63,983 bases of DNA, filler included, from Lenisia limosa (GCA_001655205.1; 14 parts of 14 records of this genome joined end to end with filler, not necessarily neighbours in it), one strand, 5' to 3'. Positions 13,701 through 25,501 are shown, numbered from the whole stretch's first letter. Notes: generated by a model from the sequence alone, not told the origin. Numbers and translations are program-made.

Positions 13701-16527
13701 TTTCGATATTTCCTAAATTAAGTGTAATATTGAAAATATTGATGTTTCTGAATACAATAGTGATGTTTGTGAATTTAAAAACTAAAACCTATCATATACT
13801 ACCCCCTTCAATGAACAATACCGCCACCCTTAATTACCATAAGCATCGTCCTGATAGATAAGGCCAATTTTGAATGAAGATCGTTTAGCAATCGTGAATT
13901 GGACCATTGCTTCGAGTTCATCATGGTAAGACAGACGCAGATTGAAAATGTTGTCAGGGAAAGGGGACGTGGATCTAAATGTCAAACAGATAAATCAAGT
14001 TGCAAAAACCACACCAAAACATGCGAACTTAGATAATTGAATTCAAGAAGGATATTTCCAGATTTCCCAGATTGTATTTCATGTATTTCCCTTCTTTATT
14101 TTTAGCATTTGTACTTGTATTGCATTTGTGAAGAACTCTCTTGTTTAGTGTACCTTTTGAATCTCCATTGTATTTCCTGATCCAATTTCAAACAAATAAT
14201 ACTTTTAATAAATTTATATTGCACCCAAAATCCTCAAAACAACATCCCCCAAGGCTTCACTGCAATACAACAATAGATCCAAAAGATCGGTAAACTATTG
14301 AAAAATATGGAAGATTTGTCAAGCAATAGTTATTTTCAGAATCAATGAATCTCTATTCTGACTCTCAAAAACAAACGTTCTAATTTCGACTAAGACAAAA
14401 ATGATATATTATCCCCACCTGAATGCTTGTCCTCCGGTTCCCGGATTGAAGATCAAAAAGTCCAGGTTTTTCTAAATTAAGAAAGATGAACACAAATTAT
14501 TACACTTCGGCGTATCGGCAAGGGATATTGTATTTGGCAATCGCATTAAATTTACGTATCTATTTCTTTAGATTTCCACAACCCACTCAGTGCTACTGTG
14601 GAAGATCATATATTTGTTTGTAAAGTGTGAACTGTCAAGATTTTTCTGAACCATGCCACTAAGATAACCAAACAACTAGAACTCCGTGCAATTAATTATG
14701 TGAAGGAAATTAATTGACAAAATGAAAATATGTCTCACTTCAATTTTTCAATTAATTTTGCAATTTGCATTTTAGTACTCTGAATATCGTTGCGATTGGA
14801 TTATACACCAGTATATGTATGTACCTGTATGTGAGAAGCCCCATACCCATAAAAGCTCCCTACCCCCTTACATCTTTCAGAATTTTGACAATTTCCTTGT
14901 TCGCTGCGGTACCCAGTGTACTGGTAAACGATAGGATATCTTCCTGAAAATTGTAACATTACTGCATATTGATCATTTCCTTTTTGGTCTTTGGTACCCC
15001 CGTGAAACATTTTGGGATTTCCAATATTTACAAGGAAATCTCATGAAAGTTTATGGAAACCTTATGACAATTTATGAAAATTCGAAGATATTTATGGAAT
15101 ACCCAAACACTACAAGGGAATTTCAAGTTGAAACGGAGACATGTGTTGCTTTGAAATCACGAAAATTGTGCTGCGAATCTAATATTAATTTTACAATATA
15201 GTTGGTAGTGAATTCGCGAACCTTGATCATCTTGAGGGTCAGCTGCCTCGTGATTACTGCATCATAGTTGTCATTGGCCAACCAAAGAGCTATGGACTTA
15301 TTGCGAATTCCACCCTAAAATGTTAGGAAAATACGAATGCAATATGGCCACATTGTGACTTATTAAGAATTCCACCATAAAATAGTGGCAATTATAAACA
15401 ATGTGGACCAAACATGGATAAAACCGGAGGAAAATCAAAATATGAATTGATGCTTCACTCCATCCCACCTTGAGATTCTGCTCTTCAAAAGCAATTTTCA
15501 ACCCTGTAATAAGGCCAATAGCTTGTCCAGAAGTCTGCCCTAGATATTGGGGGGGAGGGGGGAGTAAAATTGGAACATTTATGAAAAAAGCCCAAAATCA
15601 ACTCTGTTGGCTGATAACACACGAGGGTTGAAAACAACAAAGTCTACTCATAAAAAGGAAAACAAATAAAAGGGGTTATCGAGCATTGTGGGAATGATGA
15701 CCAAATTACCTTTTTCACCCCTCCCACCNNNNNNNNNNNNNNNNNNNNNNNNNNNNNNNNNNNNNNNNNNNNNNNNNNNNNNNNNNNNNNNNNNNNNNNN
15801 NNNNNNNNNNNNNNNNNNNNNNNNNNNNNNNNNNNNNNNNNNNNNNNNNNNNNNNNNNNNNNNNNNNNNNNNNNNNNNNNNNNNNNNNNNNNNNNNNNNN
15901 NNNNNNNNNNNNNNNNNNNNNNNNGGGAGAAGCAAGCACCCATGTTCCTCCTGAATTGGGTACTGTGGGCTTTGGAGGTAAATCAAGAGGAAATGGAAAA
16001 TTAGAAAAACAAATACGCAAAAACAATATGAAACATCTAATATTATGAAAATCAAAAACGATGAAAAAAGATAAAACTGATGAAGCAAATAAAAATCCAA
16101 AATTTGGTAACATATCAATAGTTTTCGAGGGTTTATCGAGAAATTCAGTCTTTTTTCGAACCAAAGTGAAGACCTAACAGTAAGAGATTATTCAGTGACT
16201 TGTATCACGAGAAATTATAGAACATAGTTGCCAGCGTGTCGGGACTAGGAGGAATATATACATTTATATCATCATAAACTATGTAAAACAACAGTGAACT
16301 AAGGCCAGAACTACAACAATCACGTTATTTGCCATCATATATTGACATCATAGAGAAGAATAATTATCGGCCCCTCGGTTAGGGATCCTAAAATCGGCAA
16401 CAAAACAGCGTACCTCGGGAGGGAATGGGGGAAGTACGCCGATATCCTGTGATAAAGCCGACAGAAAACAACTCAGGAGAAGAAGAGTTGCCACAGCTTG
16501 AATAAGAGAATAGGTTAGCAAGGGCAT
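4790..16527 (-). CDS. Signal-peptide protein with type-1 periplasmic-binding (Venus flytrap, LivJ-like) domains, probably two; receptor-like
   Basis: ATG at 16527 gives MPLLTYSLIQAVATLLLLSCFLSALSQ (signal peptide). Later exons: GQTSGQAIGLITGLKIAFEEQNLK, LWLANDNYDAVITRQLTLKMIK, EDILSFTSTLGTAANKEIVKIL, FLIFNPGTGGQAFR|STSPFPDNIFNLRLSYHDELEAMVQFTIAKRSSFKIGLIYQDDAYG, and a second-round motif ALICSQQFVDENNIYCFIG at ~7290-7365. 3' end uncertain. Confidence 0.7.
5978..6060 (-). mobile_element. Repeat family C (…TTTTGAACAAGAGAAAT…TAGAAATCTAGGGAA…TACATAGGGATAC…)
   Basis: Homologous copies at ~3098-3178, 5978-6060, 38795-38875 and 62455-62530, all reading TACATAG|G on the minus strand. Confidence 0.65.
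6820..7035. repeat. Degenerate AAATGACA-rich repeat in an intron
   Basis: More than 10 occurrences of (A)ATGACA/ATGACAG. Confidence 0.65.
7568..7662. mobile_element. Hairpin MITE family M1, subtype b
   Basis: TIR GGCTTCCCTACGGTCCGAAAAAGAC…GTCTTTTTCGGACCGTAGGGAAGCC with the same ATATCGAT…TTTATCGAGAAATTCAGTC core. Copies at ~1065, 2497, 3205, 5122, 12525, 20772, 28116, 38915 and 50175. Confidence 0.8.
8062..8132. mobile_element. Tc1/mariner-like MITE family M2
   Basis: TA|CAGTG(A)CCGGGATAAGTCTTGAC…GTCAAGACTTATCCCGGTCACTG|TA. Copies at 916-991, 4863-4938, 38055-38130, 51378-51440 and 58446-58520. Confidence 0.8.
9069..9213. mobile_element. MITE family M4 (two copies)
   Basis: 9069-9213 and ~62037-62174 share GTCTAAAAATGG..GTGGCTCTT…GACGCTGCT.CCCCCTTTTTAGATGAGCC, with imperfect terminal inverted repeats. 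Confidence 0.65.
9548..9687. mobile_element. Non-autonomous CACTA/CMC-like MITE
   Basis: Termini CACTATGGCGCATCGACTT…AAGTAGATGCGCCGTAGTG (inverted), flanked by CT on both sides (2-bp TSD). Degenerate copy at 5685-5786. Confidence 0.7.
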
Positions 16528-16823
16528 CTAGGGTGATAACAGCATTATATCAACTAGGTAAGATCTACTATTCTAAGAATATACACTAACTGCTGTGTTT
16601 TGTTGAAAATCGAGACTGAGTCAGTTCTATAGCCATTCATCTCCTCATATTCCAAATATGGTAAGTTAATGAAATATTTAAGACTGGACAACATTCTTTG
16701 TCTCTTTGCGAGGGAGGGATCGAATCACAAGATAATTAAATTTTTAATTATATCGAATTTTCTAGAAGATTTTGTAAAAAAACTACTTTCGGAAATGAAC
16801 TAGAATTACAAACTTTTGTCTGT

Positions 16824-16895
16824 GAATCCTTGGCGCAATGGTAACGCGTTCGACTCCAGATCGAAAGATTGGGGGTTCGATTCCCTCAGGGTTCA
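16824..16895 (+). tRNA. trnW-CCA: tRNA-Trp (anticodon CCA)
   Basis: Acceptor stem GAATCCT/AGGGTTC, D arm TGGCGCAATGGTAACGCG, anticodon arm TTCGA-CTCCAGA-TCGAA, T loop GGTTCGATTCC; followed by a long T run (Pol III terminator). Confidence 0.95.
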
Positions 16896-16897
16896 CA

Positions 16898-16915
16898 TTT
16901 TTTTTTTTTCTGTTT
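16898..16915 (+). terminator. Oligo-dT Pol III terminator of tRNA-Trp
   Basis: T run of more than 10 nt starting 2 nt after the tRNA 3' end. Confidence 0.7.
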
Positions 16916-17393
16916 TTTCTTTTGTTTTTTCTGTTTTTTCTTTTCTGTTTTTCCTTTTTTCTTTTCTTGTTTTCTTTTGTTTTTCTGTTTTTTCTCTTGT
17001 TGTTTTTTAGATATCATGGTCGGTGTATATAATAAAATTCATTTTGGTCAAGACTTCTCTTATCATGGTCGCTATAGATTTATTGTATTTATGCAAAAGT
17101 AGTTGAATTTCACGTGTGCAGGATCCCCATAGATTATGTTTACGTTGGCATTGAACCTAATTTATGTAAGATAATAAGACGAAATTTTTCGATAAGTCCT
17201 TGAAAACTATCAATTTATTTCTGGTAGTTTTCAAACTGAAGTGAAGTCGTATTTGTATGTCAAGACTTACTCCTCCAGAAATACCATTAATGANNNNNNN
17301 NNNNNNNNNNNNNNNNNNNNNNNNNNNNNNNNNNNNNTTAATTAATTAANNNNNNNNNNNNNNNNNNNNNNNNNNNNNNNNNNNNNNNNNNNN

Positions 17394-17705
17394 ACCCACA
17401 CCCACTTATAAAAGTCAGCACGAGGAACTTCCAATCAGAGCCCTCGCCCTTTGTGAAAAGCTTGTCTAAGGTGATCCAAAGTGCCGTTATCAGGTTCGCG
17501 GTGATGTACACCTACATTCGTTAGTATATTGCATTAACACTATTTCTGAGAAATATGATAAATGATAGTTGCAATCGTAAGTTCGTACAATAAGCTCGCC
17601 TGAACCAACCGATTGAAAGCCAAAAAAGAAGGATGACAAGATGAAGTCAACCATCAACGCGGCGAAGGAGAGGAACACATGTGAGAAGATGAACACAGAA
17701 GACAT
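17394..17705 (-). CDS. Hydrophobic exons of an unknown membrane protein (partial)
   Basis: MSSVFIFSHVFLSFAALMVDFILSSFFFGFQS|GT and AG|VYITANLITALWITLDKLFTKGEGSDWKFLVLTFI|GT; no family recognised. Confidence 0.35.
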
Positions 17706-17940
17706 TATCAGATCTGAATGCGCTCAACTCGGCTGGCTTTGTTTTTTTATTACATACGACACACTGGTTGGCGGTGGTTATTGTCGGAGAGAGAGGGCTG
17801 GAACTGGCTGGAAAGAACGGAGGAGAAAATTCAGTCTATTTGAAATTCCGCAGTTCCGAAAACTTATACTTTTTGGTTTTGGTTTTGGAATTTTGGGTCA
17901 TAAAATTAATAAATTAAGAAAAGAAAAGAAGAATAGCGTA

Positions 17941-18643
17941 GTTGGTCCAACTTGTAGCGGATATTCCTGCAATGACTTTAAAGCTATGGTTCACTGTAAG
18001 CGCCTTCTGTGTCTTCTATGTGGTTTTTTCACTTTCTAATGATTCATTTCTTTGATTTTTCGAGGAAAATCTCTTTCCCCCTCCGTTTCACTGCGATCAG
18101 GTCGCTGGGGCAACCTTCTCATCGCTATATCTGCTGTCCACACACACCCGGCGAGATAACGAGAGGAAAGAAGCCGAGGCGAGGCAGCTGTCGCTATTTG
18201 AGAAGCGTGTCAGTGAGATGAACGTATGTGGAAATGGCTGTATACTTCTTCCCTTTCCCTCCTCATTTCGTACTCTCTCTCTCTCTCTCTCTCNNNNNNN
18301 NNNNNNNNNNNNNNNNNNNNNNNNNNNNNNNNNNNNNNNNNNNNNNNNNNNNNNNNNNNNNNNNNNNNNNNNNNNNNNNNNNNNNNNNNNNNNNNNNTGG
18401 TGTGGACGATTTCTCTTTTACATCTCGAACTCATTTGTGCTTTTATACACCCTTTCTGATTAAAATTATCAAAAATCTTCTTTCATAGCCCTCGTGTGTT
18501 TTCATTTTGTGAGTTATTTTTGAGCCTTCTGTTTTTTGATCTGATTGTGATGATGAGAATATTAATTCCATTTTTCAATAACAAGCCTTGTCCTTGTTGT
18601 GACTTTTTAGGGGAAACTGGAGGTTATTGACAGGCTATCAAAT
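17941..18643 (+). CDS. Unknown protein exons (partial)
   Basis: Phase-0 chain LVQLVADIPAMTLKLWFT|VAGATFSSLYLLSTHTRRDNERKEAEARQLSLFEKRVSEMN … GKLEVIDRLSNE with good GT/AG sites. Confidence 0.4.
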
Positions 18644-18967
18644 GAGGTGTGTTTGGGGTGTTTTTTTACTAGGTTTATTTCTCATCTCTACTATCTGATA
18701 TACTATATGAGATATACTATACATAGTATTATGATATTTGATTTGCAAGTATAGCAGATGATATGGTTTCAATTTCTGATTTATAAATCGATATATGATA
18801 TATCATAGGAAATGTCAATAACATTGTACTCACAGCGCCATGAATCAACCGGGCCCTTGCGAGCTTATCTATTATCCTTGTGTGTTTCTCAAATATTTAA
18901 CAAACAGTGTTAACACAGGGTTTTGCTTTATTTCATGTTTTCCACTTTTACTCACCCNNNNNNNNNN

Positions 18968-20734
18968 ACAGAACTCTTGTTGAAGATCTCTTTGCTGATC
19001 AGCATGTACAGGTTTGTTGTGGTTATTAAGGCTTCACTTTGGGTATTTTTTGGTTCATAAATTTCCCTTTTTTACCACCTCCCCCCAGGTTCTCGTCTCC
19101 ACCTCCACCCTGGCCTGGGGTGTCAATCTCCCCGCTCACGCCGTGGTCATCAAGGGCACCATGATCTACAACGCGGAAAAGGGTTGTTGGACCGAACTCA
19201 GCCACTTGGACGTCATGCAGATGATGGGAAGAGCGGGTCGTCCTCAGTTCGACAGTTTCGGTGAAGGCACAATCATTACGTGAGGGGGGGGGGTGATGGC
19301 ATAATTTTTTTTTATTATTACGTGAAGGCAGGATTATTTTTTACCCTTTTGTGTTTCCAAAGGCTTAGCCAATAGAGTCAATTCCGTGTATTTTTGTTTT
19401 GTTTCATAAATTTCCCCTTTTTACCCCTCTAGTTCGCACTCGGAGCTTCAGTACTACTTGTCCTTGATGAACCAGCAGCTTCCTATCGAATCACAATTTG
19501 CCAAGGTTGGATGATCTTCTTCTTCTTCCTCCTATCTTGGATTTGTTTTTACACCACCACCCTGTTTTTTTCAACCTTTGTGTTTTTTGTTTTTTCAACC
19601 CTTGCGTACACTGTTTTTTTCTACCCGTGTGTATTTCTCAAATGCAAAACAAACAGTGTTGATTTGGGCTTTTCTTTTTTCATAATTTTTCTCCGTTTTC
19701 CTCCCGTCCCCCTCTCTCGTAGAGATTTCACAATACCACTCCCCTGACACCTACTCTCCGTCAAAAATCTCAATATCCTTCGTTTTACTCCCCAGTCTCT
19801 TGTGGAGAATCTCAACGCAGAAATTGTTCTGGGCACTGTTGCCGATCTCGAGGAGGCAGCTACGTGGCTCATGTACACCTATCTTTACGTCAGAATGCTC
19901 ACAGCTCCCGAGGTCGGTTGCATTTACAGGAAATAAGCAAGGAAGAATATGATATGAACTAAATTATAGCAATAATAATCCTGGGGAGTGTGAAACGAAA
20001 AATCGAGTGTGATTAGTATCTTTTACGTTTGGACGGTTGGTTTTTAGGAGAGATTTAGGTGATGATTTTTTCTTCCCTTTCCCCCTCTCCCCTCCGTGTT
20101 TGTCAGCCAACAGCTTTAATTCTATGCTTTTTTTGTTTCAAAATTTTTCCAATTTCACCCCCCTTAGCTCTACAACGTGACCGAGGAAGAACTGGAAATT
20201 GACGAGCACCTGAGCCGCCGCCGCCGTGACCTGTGCCATACTGCCGCACTCAAACTCGAAAAGGCCGGAATGATCAAGTACGACAAGTCCAACGGTCAGT
20301 TCAAGAGCACCGATCTCGGCCGTGTGGCTGCCCACTACTACGTGTCGTCTTCCTCGATCACTACGTACAGTGAAATCCTCAAGGTGGGTACTTGGTTATG
20401 GGCGGCTTGTTGTTTCAGAAATTTGCCATCTTTACCTCACTCGTCTGCATTCCTTATTTGTTTTTTGTTTATTCCCATTTTGATGGAATGCGGGGCTGCA
20501 GACTCGGCTGTCCTGGGCTTTGTTTGTTTTGTTGTTATTAACCCTTGTGTGTTGNNNNNNNNNNNNNNNNNNNNNNNNNNNNNNNNNNNNNNNNNNNNNN
20601 NNNNNNNNNNNNNNNNNNNNNNNNNNNNNNNNNNNNNNNNNNNNNNNNNNNCCAATTTTACCCCCCAGCCTTCTATGACCGAAATCGACCTCTTCCGTCT
20701 CTTCGCTCTTTCCGGTGAATTCAAATACATCCAG
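18968..20734 (+). CDS. SNRNP200: U5 snRNP 200 kDa helicase Brr2, internal fragment (6 exons)
   Basis: [14 protein letters not shown]|[24 protein letters not shown]…[21 protein letters not shown]|[24 protein letters not shown]|…NLNAEIVLG…YTYLYVRML|…[10 protein letters not shown]|[19 protein letters not shown]. The VEDLFAD and [18 protein letters not shown] motifs favour Brr2 over ASCC3. Confidence 0.93.
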
Positions 20735-21021
20735 GTGGGGGTGGAGGGTATGTAATTTGAGTAATATATAGGCGGCCTTCCCTACGGTCCGAAAAAGACC
20801 GTTTAAATATCGATATTTATCGTGGATTTATCGAGATATTCGGTCTTTTTGGGATCGTATAAAACCCCAAGTAATATATGATATGTTCGAGGGATAGCAT
20901 CTGTCGAATTTTGATTTTGGGNNNNNNNNNNNNNNNNNNNNNNNNNNNNNNNNNNNNNNNNNNNNTTAATTAATTAANNNNNNNNNNNNNNNNNNNNNNN
21001 NNNNNNNNNNNNNNNNNNNNN

Positions 21022-23881
21022 CGGTCAGAGCACTTCCACTGAAGTTCTTGCGCGGCTTATCTTGACTCTGGTCTACCCCTTAGAATTGTATGCTGATGGC
21101 GCGTCTCTCTTTTGAGCGAATTGGTATTGTATTATTTTTCACTTGTTTATCTTCAGTGTTCCTCTATTGTCATTATCACGCTTCAATACTCTGCCTCTAT
21201 CGTTTCATACCCCTCCTAGCACTCCACCTCTATCGTTTCATACCCCTCCTAGCACTCCACCTCTATCGTTTCATACCCCTCCTAGCACTTCACCTTGTTT
21301 CATACATCAACATTATATACACTGCGGGTTTGATCTGTGTTCATTTGGCCGCAAGAGGGAAAGGGCTTCTTCAGTCTCCGCCCCGCCCCGGACAAACCCT
21401 TCACCCGCAACAAGGGTCCCTATCCAGATAAAAAAGAGGTCTATTTAGGGATCAATTATTTACACATCGGTTACACAGAAAATCAAATCTGTATGGAAAA
21501 GTGTTTTTCTTTGAATTAGATTTTCATTTACAACCTAGATTGAGTGTTTAAAGGTGGTCTCGGACATTACCCAGTTATGGGGCTACTTCTACGTTCCTGA
21601 AAGGGTCAGAAAGGTACCAGGGTGGTTGCATCTTGAGGGACTTGATTACACGCTATAAAACTATTGCACATAAACAAAGACCCTTGTTAAAAAGTAACTA
21701 GAACAAACAGTTAATATTAGTAGCAATAGCATATCATGCCCAGAGTTATAAGATAACTGACTGTTTAGAACTATCGGACTCAACTGGCCAGATGGGTTGA
21801 GATCAAGAAATGGTCAGTTAAGTCTTTTTTCATCTTGGGATCATCATAGCTTCTTATTGTCCAGCCCCTACTCCTACCTCAATATTTCCGATAAACAGTG
21901 GCGCGAAATGCAAGGCCCTTGAACATGTGGTTGAAGGTGGAGATGAAGAAAAACGAATTTGAGGTAATTAAACATGTGTGCAGCTTGCTAACCCGTCAAA
22001 TTTTGAATTTGAATCACTGACGCCTGTAGAAAGACCGTGAAAACCACGTAGTAGTTAAGGACCACCAACTGATGCAGTATGAAGCTGACAAAGCATACGA
22101 AGTCGCCTACCAGGAGTCCACTGTGGTGGGGAACGGTGCATATCTTTTGCACTTGGGAGTACCCCCCATATAATCCTGGTTTCCCAAAAGCAAACTAATT
22201 ACAAATATATTTGCTTCGTGTAGTCCTTCTTTTGTTAGACTCCACCAATCTCTTTTCTTCACATCAACAGTGAACACGCTATCATTTATTATCTGCGTAC
22301 AGGTTGAAGATGCAGCAGCGGCAGAAGAGTTCTACAAAACAGGCCAAAATGGTCTTCTCAGACGACTTCACTGTGGGATATTGGGATATTGGGATATTGC
22401 ATGGTCACAATAGAACAGCGCCAAAGTCTCACGGCCCCTTAGGACTTAGTTGGTGAAGACTTCAGCAGGCAACCCCTCGTGGCCAACACTTCCATGCAGA
22501 CTATCAGTAAGTAGATAAGGCTCGAGGAATGATTGCTTGGTCTTTTGCTTTTCATACAGGGCTGTGTGAGCCAATTTTGTGACAGTTTTAGAAACGAGAA
22601 TGAACTGGTTGACTTTACCTTTCACTTGCTTCCGAACAGACTTCACCTTGCCTTGGTAACAGGAGGTATGCCTGCGACCAGTCTTTTTGCTATTTCTACT
22701 TATGCATCTTCTCTCAATATTACCTTTCAACCCTCGTGTGTTGCTAGCAACAGAGTTGATTTTTATGACTTTTTTTTTTTTTCATAAAATTTTCAATTTG
22801 ACTCCCCTCCCCTGGGCTAGCTTTGCTTTGCTATTTTTAACCCCGTGTGTGTCTTGAATGTGTAACAGCAGAGTTTTTCTGGGGGGTGGGTTGTTTCATG
22901 AATTTCCCCTTTTTACCCCTCAGGGTACCACGCCATCATGCCCATGGGGCACCCGCTCTGAGCGCCTTAGCTTGCGCATTTGTGGGGGTTTTGCCAGGGT
23001 AGCGCTCATTAAGATTGAGCTATGCCTTTTACTTCTAAGGTTGTCAAGTTACCTTCGAAAAGTGTCCATGAAGGAGATAACCATCCAGCCTTATTTAGGT
23101 TCGTTTCTCCTTTGAACACTCAACTCTTTTCTCACATATTAGGATATCTTCCCAGTTTCACGCTGCACGACTTCTATGACGGTGTGGAATAAATGATATT
23201 TAATGAACAATGCGGTTAATCACTTAGATTCCCTGGAGGATTTGATTCAATAGAAACATCTGGAATGGGGGATACTCAAAGTTTGTGGGGGGTAAGCTTC
23301 TTTATTCTTTCACCCCAATAGGTGCGATTATGGTGACATATTCCTGCCTGCCGGCGCTGAAGTAAGCAGTTTTTTTGGCTTGTATGCACGAATCAGACCT
23401 CAAAAACTGAAGGAAAGTCCACCTTTTTAACAGCCCCAGGCAGTTTTTGGTATGCCTATTGTACTCTTTGCTGCAAATTTCGGCTTCAACATTCGGACTT
23501 ATGACTTGAATAGAAAGTGGGAGGGTGGTACTGATTGCATAAAGGATTGAAACTCTCATCTAGTTGTGACAGTTTTACAATTTCAGTTTGCGCAGTAACA
23601 CATCTCGTGGTCTGTCAGAAGTACTGGTTGTTGAACTATCAATTGACTATTCAGCCGTAGGGAGGAGGTGGTGAAGTATCATATCCTATCATATAGGGCA
23701 TTTATGCATATGGAATATGTTATAGTATTATATATGATATATTTTTTCTGTGAATGGACAACTCAGCCATCAGATTTCGATGCCTCCCCCACCCTCAATG
23801 GCCACTGCGCTGTCCACTTTTGGTTGGTCATGCACCGACATTGTGAAGCAAATCCTCGCCTACAATCTAGACAAGTCGTGA
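21022..23881 (+). CDS. Multi-exon uncharacterised protein (5' end in gap)
   Basis: About 14 short exons with GT/AG, e.g. GKGFFSLRPAPDKPF, VVSDITQLWGYFYVPERVRK|NYRTQLARWVEIKKW, FPGGFDSIETSGMGDTQRCDYGDIFLPAGAE|AVFGMPIVLFAANFGFNIRTYDLNRKW, …DIVKQILAYNLDKS*. Some phases unresolved. Confidence 0.55.
21194..21293. repeat. 33-bp tandem repeat x3
   Basis: CCTCTATCGTTTCATACCCCTCCTAGCACTCCA repeated three times, intronic. Confidence 0.9.
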
Positions 23882-24215
23882 AGTTGATGGAGATGGAGAT
23901 GTAATTTAAGATGTTTATGTTGTATAGTATGAGTGTATTTGATGTAACAATGTCAATTCCAAAAGCCCCTCATATGCCCGACACAGAAATGGGGTGTTCA
24001 GTCAGTAGTCACTTGACATCAAATATGGATTCAACGCTGGGGAGCACGCAGACAGGGTTGAAGGGCAAATGATTGGGTGAATTAATATTATATTACTATA
24101 ATCCATATCCCAATATCAACCCAAGTATGAGCATGATGGTGTGAATGGCTTCGACTTGTTTTATTTCTCATTTCTATAAGTATACTACTTTATATATTCA
24201 ACAACAACACAAAAT

Positions 24216-24297
24216 TCATTGGTGCATGCATGAACTGTGTGGCGGGGGTTGACTTTCATTGGTGCATGCATGAACTGTGTGGTGGGGGTTGACTTTT
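24216..24297. repeat. 40-bp direct repeat x2
   Basis: TTCATTGGTGCATGCATGAACTGTGTGG(C/T)GGGGGTTGACT twice. Confidence 0.9.
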
Positions 24298-24585
24298 TTT
24301 TTGCCTATTCAGTCACATAGTCAAATGGCACAATAGTGTCTGTGGGTTTTTACGTTCTCCACGACCCCNNNNNNNNNNNNNNNNNNNNNNNNNNNNNNNN
24401 NNNNNNNNNNNNTTAATTAATTAANNNNNNNNNNNNNNNNNNNNNNNNNNNNNNNNNNNNNNNNNNNNCTCAGACGAGCGTGGCTAGTATAGCTCTTGGC
24501 ATCTGCATTCGCATTTGGGGGGACGGCCAAGGCAGTCTGGGCTTAGAATGTTGGTGAAATCATGACCCTTTTTCTGACGATTCAG

Positions 24586-24911
24586 TTGCGCCTACCCTCC
24601 CGGGCACCATGCTCCTTGAACTCGCATCGTCACCCAACATCGAAATCGCGACTTGGGCCCAGGTACGCGCTGTGGTGCCTTAGGCTTGGAATACACAGTA
24701 TCCTCTTTTACCAACCCTTTAGCGTCGATCAAATTGTACGACGAACACTCTCCAGCCTTTTGCCGTGAGTGGGAATGAGACCTGGCTTGTTTCATACTCC
24801 GAGGCCCATTTCTGTCAAATAATGTGCTCTCGGAGTTGTGCTAATCATACAGTATCAGTACCAACCGTCCCTCAGTTCGCGAAGGTCTTCATCGACTGAC
24901 CAGCAGGGCGA
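24586..24911 (+). CDS. Unknown protein, three short exons (fragment)
   Basis: Strong donors CAG|GTACGC, CC|GTGAGT and GAG|GTGGGG with pyrimidine-rich acceptors; reading frame ambiguous. Confidence 0.3.
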
Positions 24912-25501
24912 GGTGGGGGGGTGGGTGAATTTTTTGTATGCTGGGGAGCCACGCAGAAAGCTGTGAGCATAGAGGTAAGGCAAATGATTGGGTATACTAT
25001 GATACAACCTTGTTTTTTTTTTAATCTCATTGCTATTACATAGTAGTATAATAGTATATATCATGCATAGTAATATACATACTATATCATAATACATATT
25101 ATAATTGACAGAACGGATTTTATGTGACTATTTAGTCTTCCTCGAGAGGGCCTGGTACTGTGCGCTCCAACCCTTCTCTTGACCCCACTTAATCCATATT
25201 TCATTAGTTCATTTCTGTAAGCTGGGATACTTTCAATTTTCTATTCTTGCCCCCCCCCCTCANNNNNNNNNNNNNNNNNNNNNNNNNNNNNNNNNNNNNN
25301 NNNNNNNNNNNNNNNNNNNNNNNNNNNNNNNNNNNNNNNNNNNNNNNNNNNNNNNNNNNNNNNNNNNNNNNNNNNNNNNNNNNNNNNNNNNNNNATGTAT
25401 TTGTCTTTCTTGACCATCAAAAACGGGGTAACAGGAAACTATACATATTAATTCCATACAACATAATATAAAATATAAAATACAGCAAAAATACAAAGAC
25501 A

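Noticed and set aside
19770-19795. ATATCCTT resembling a U12 (AT-AC) donor
   Set aside because: It lies within the family-B-like 3' module of a GT-AG intron; no matching U12 branch site or AC end.
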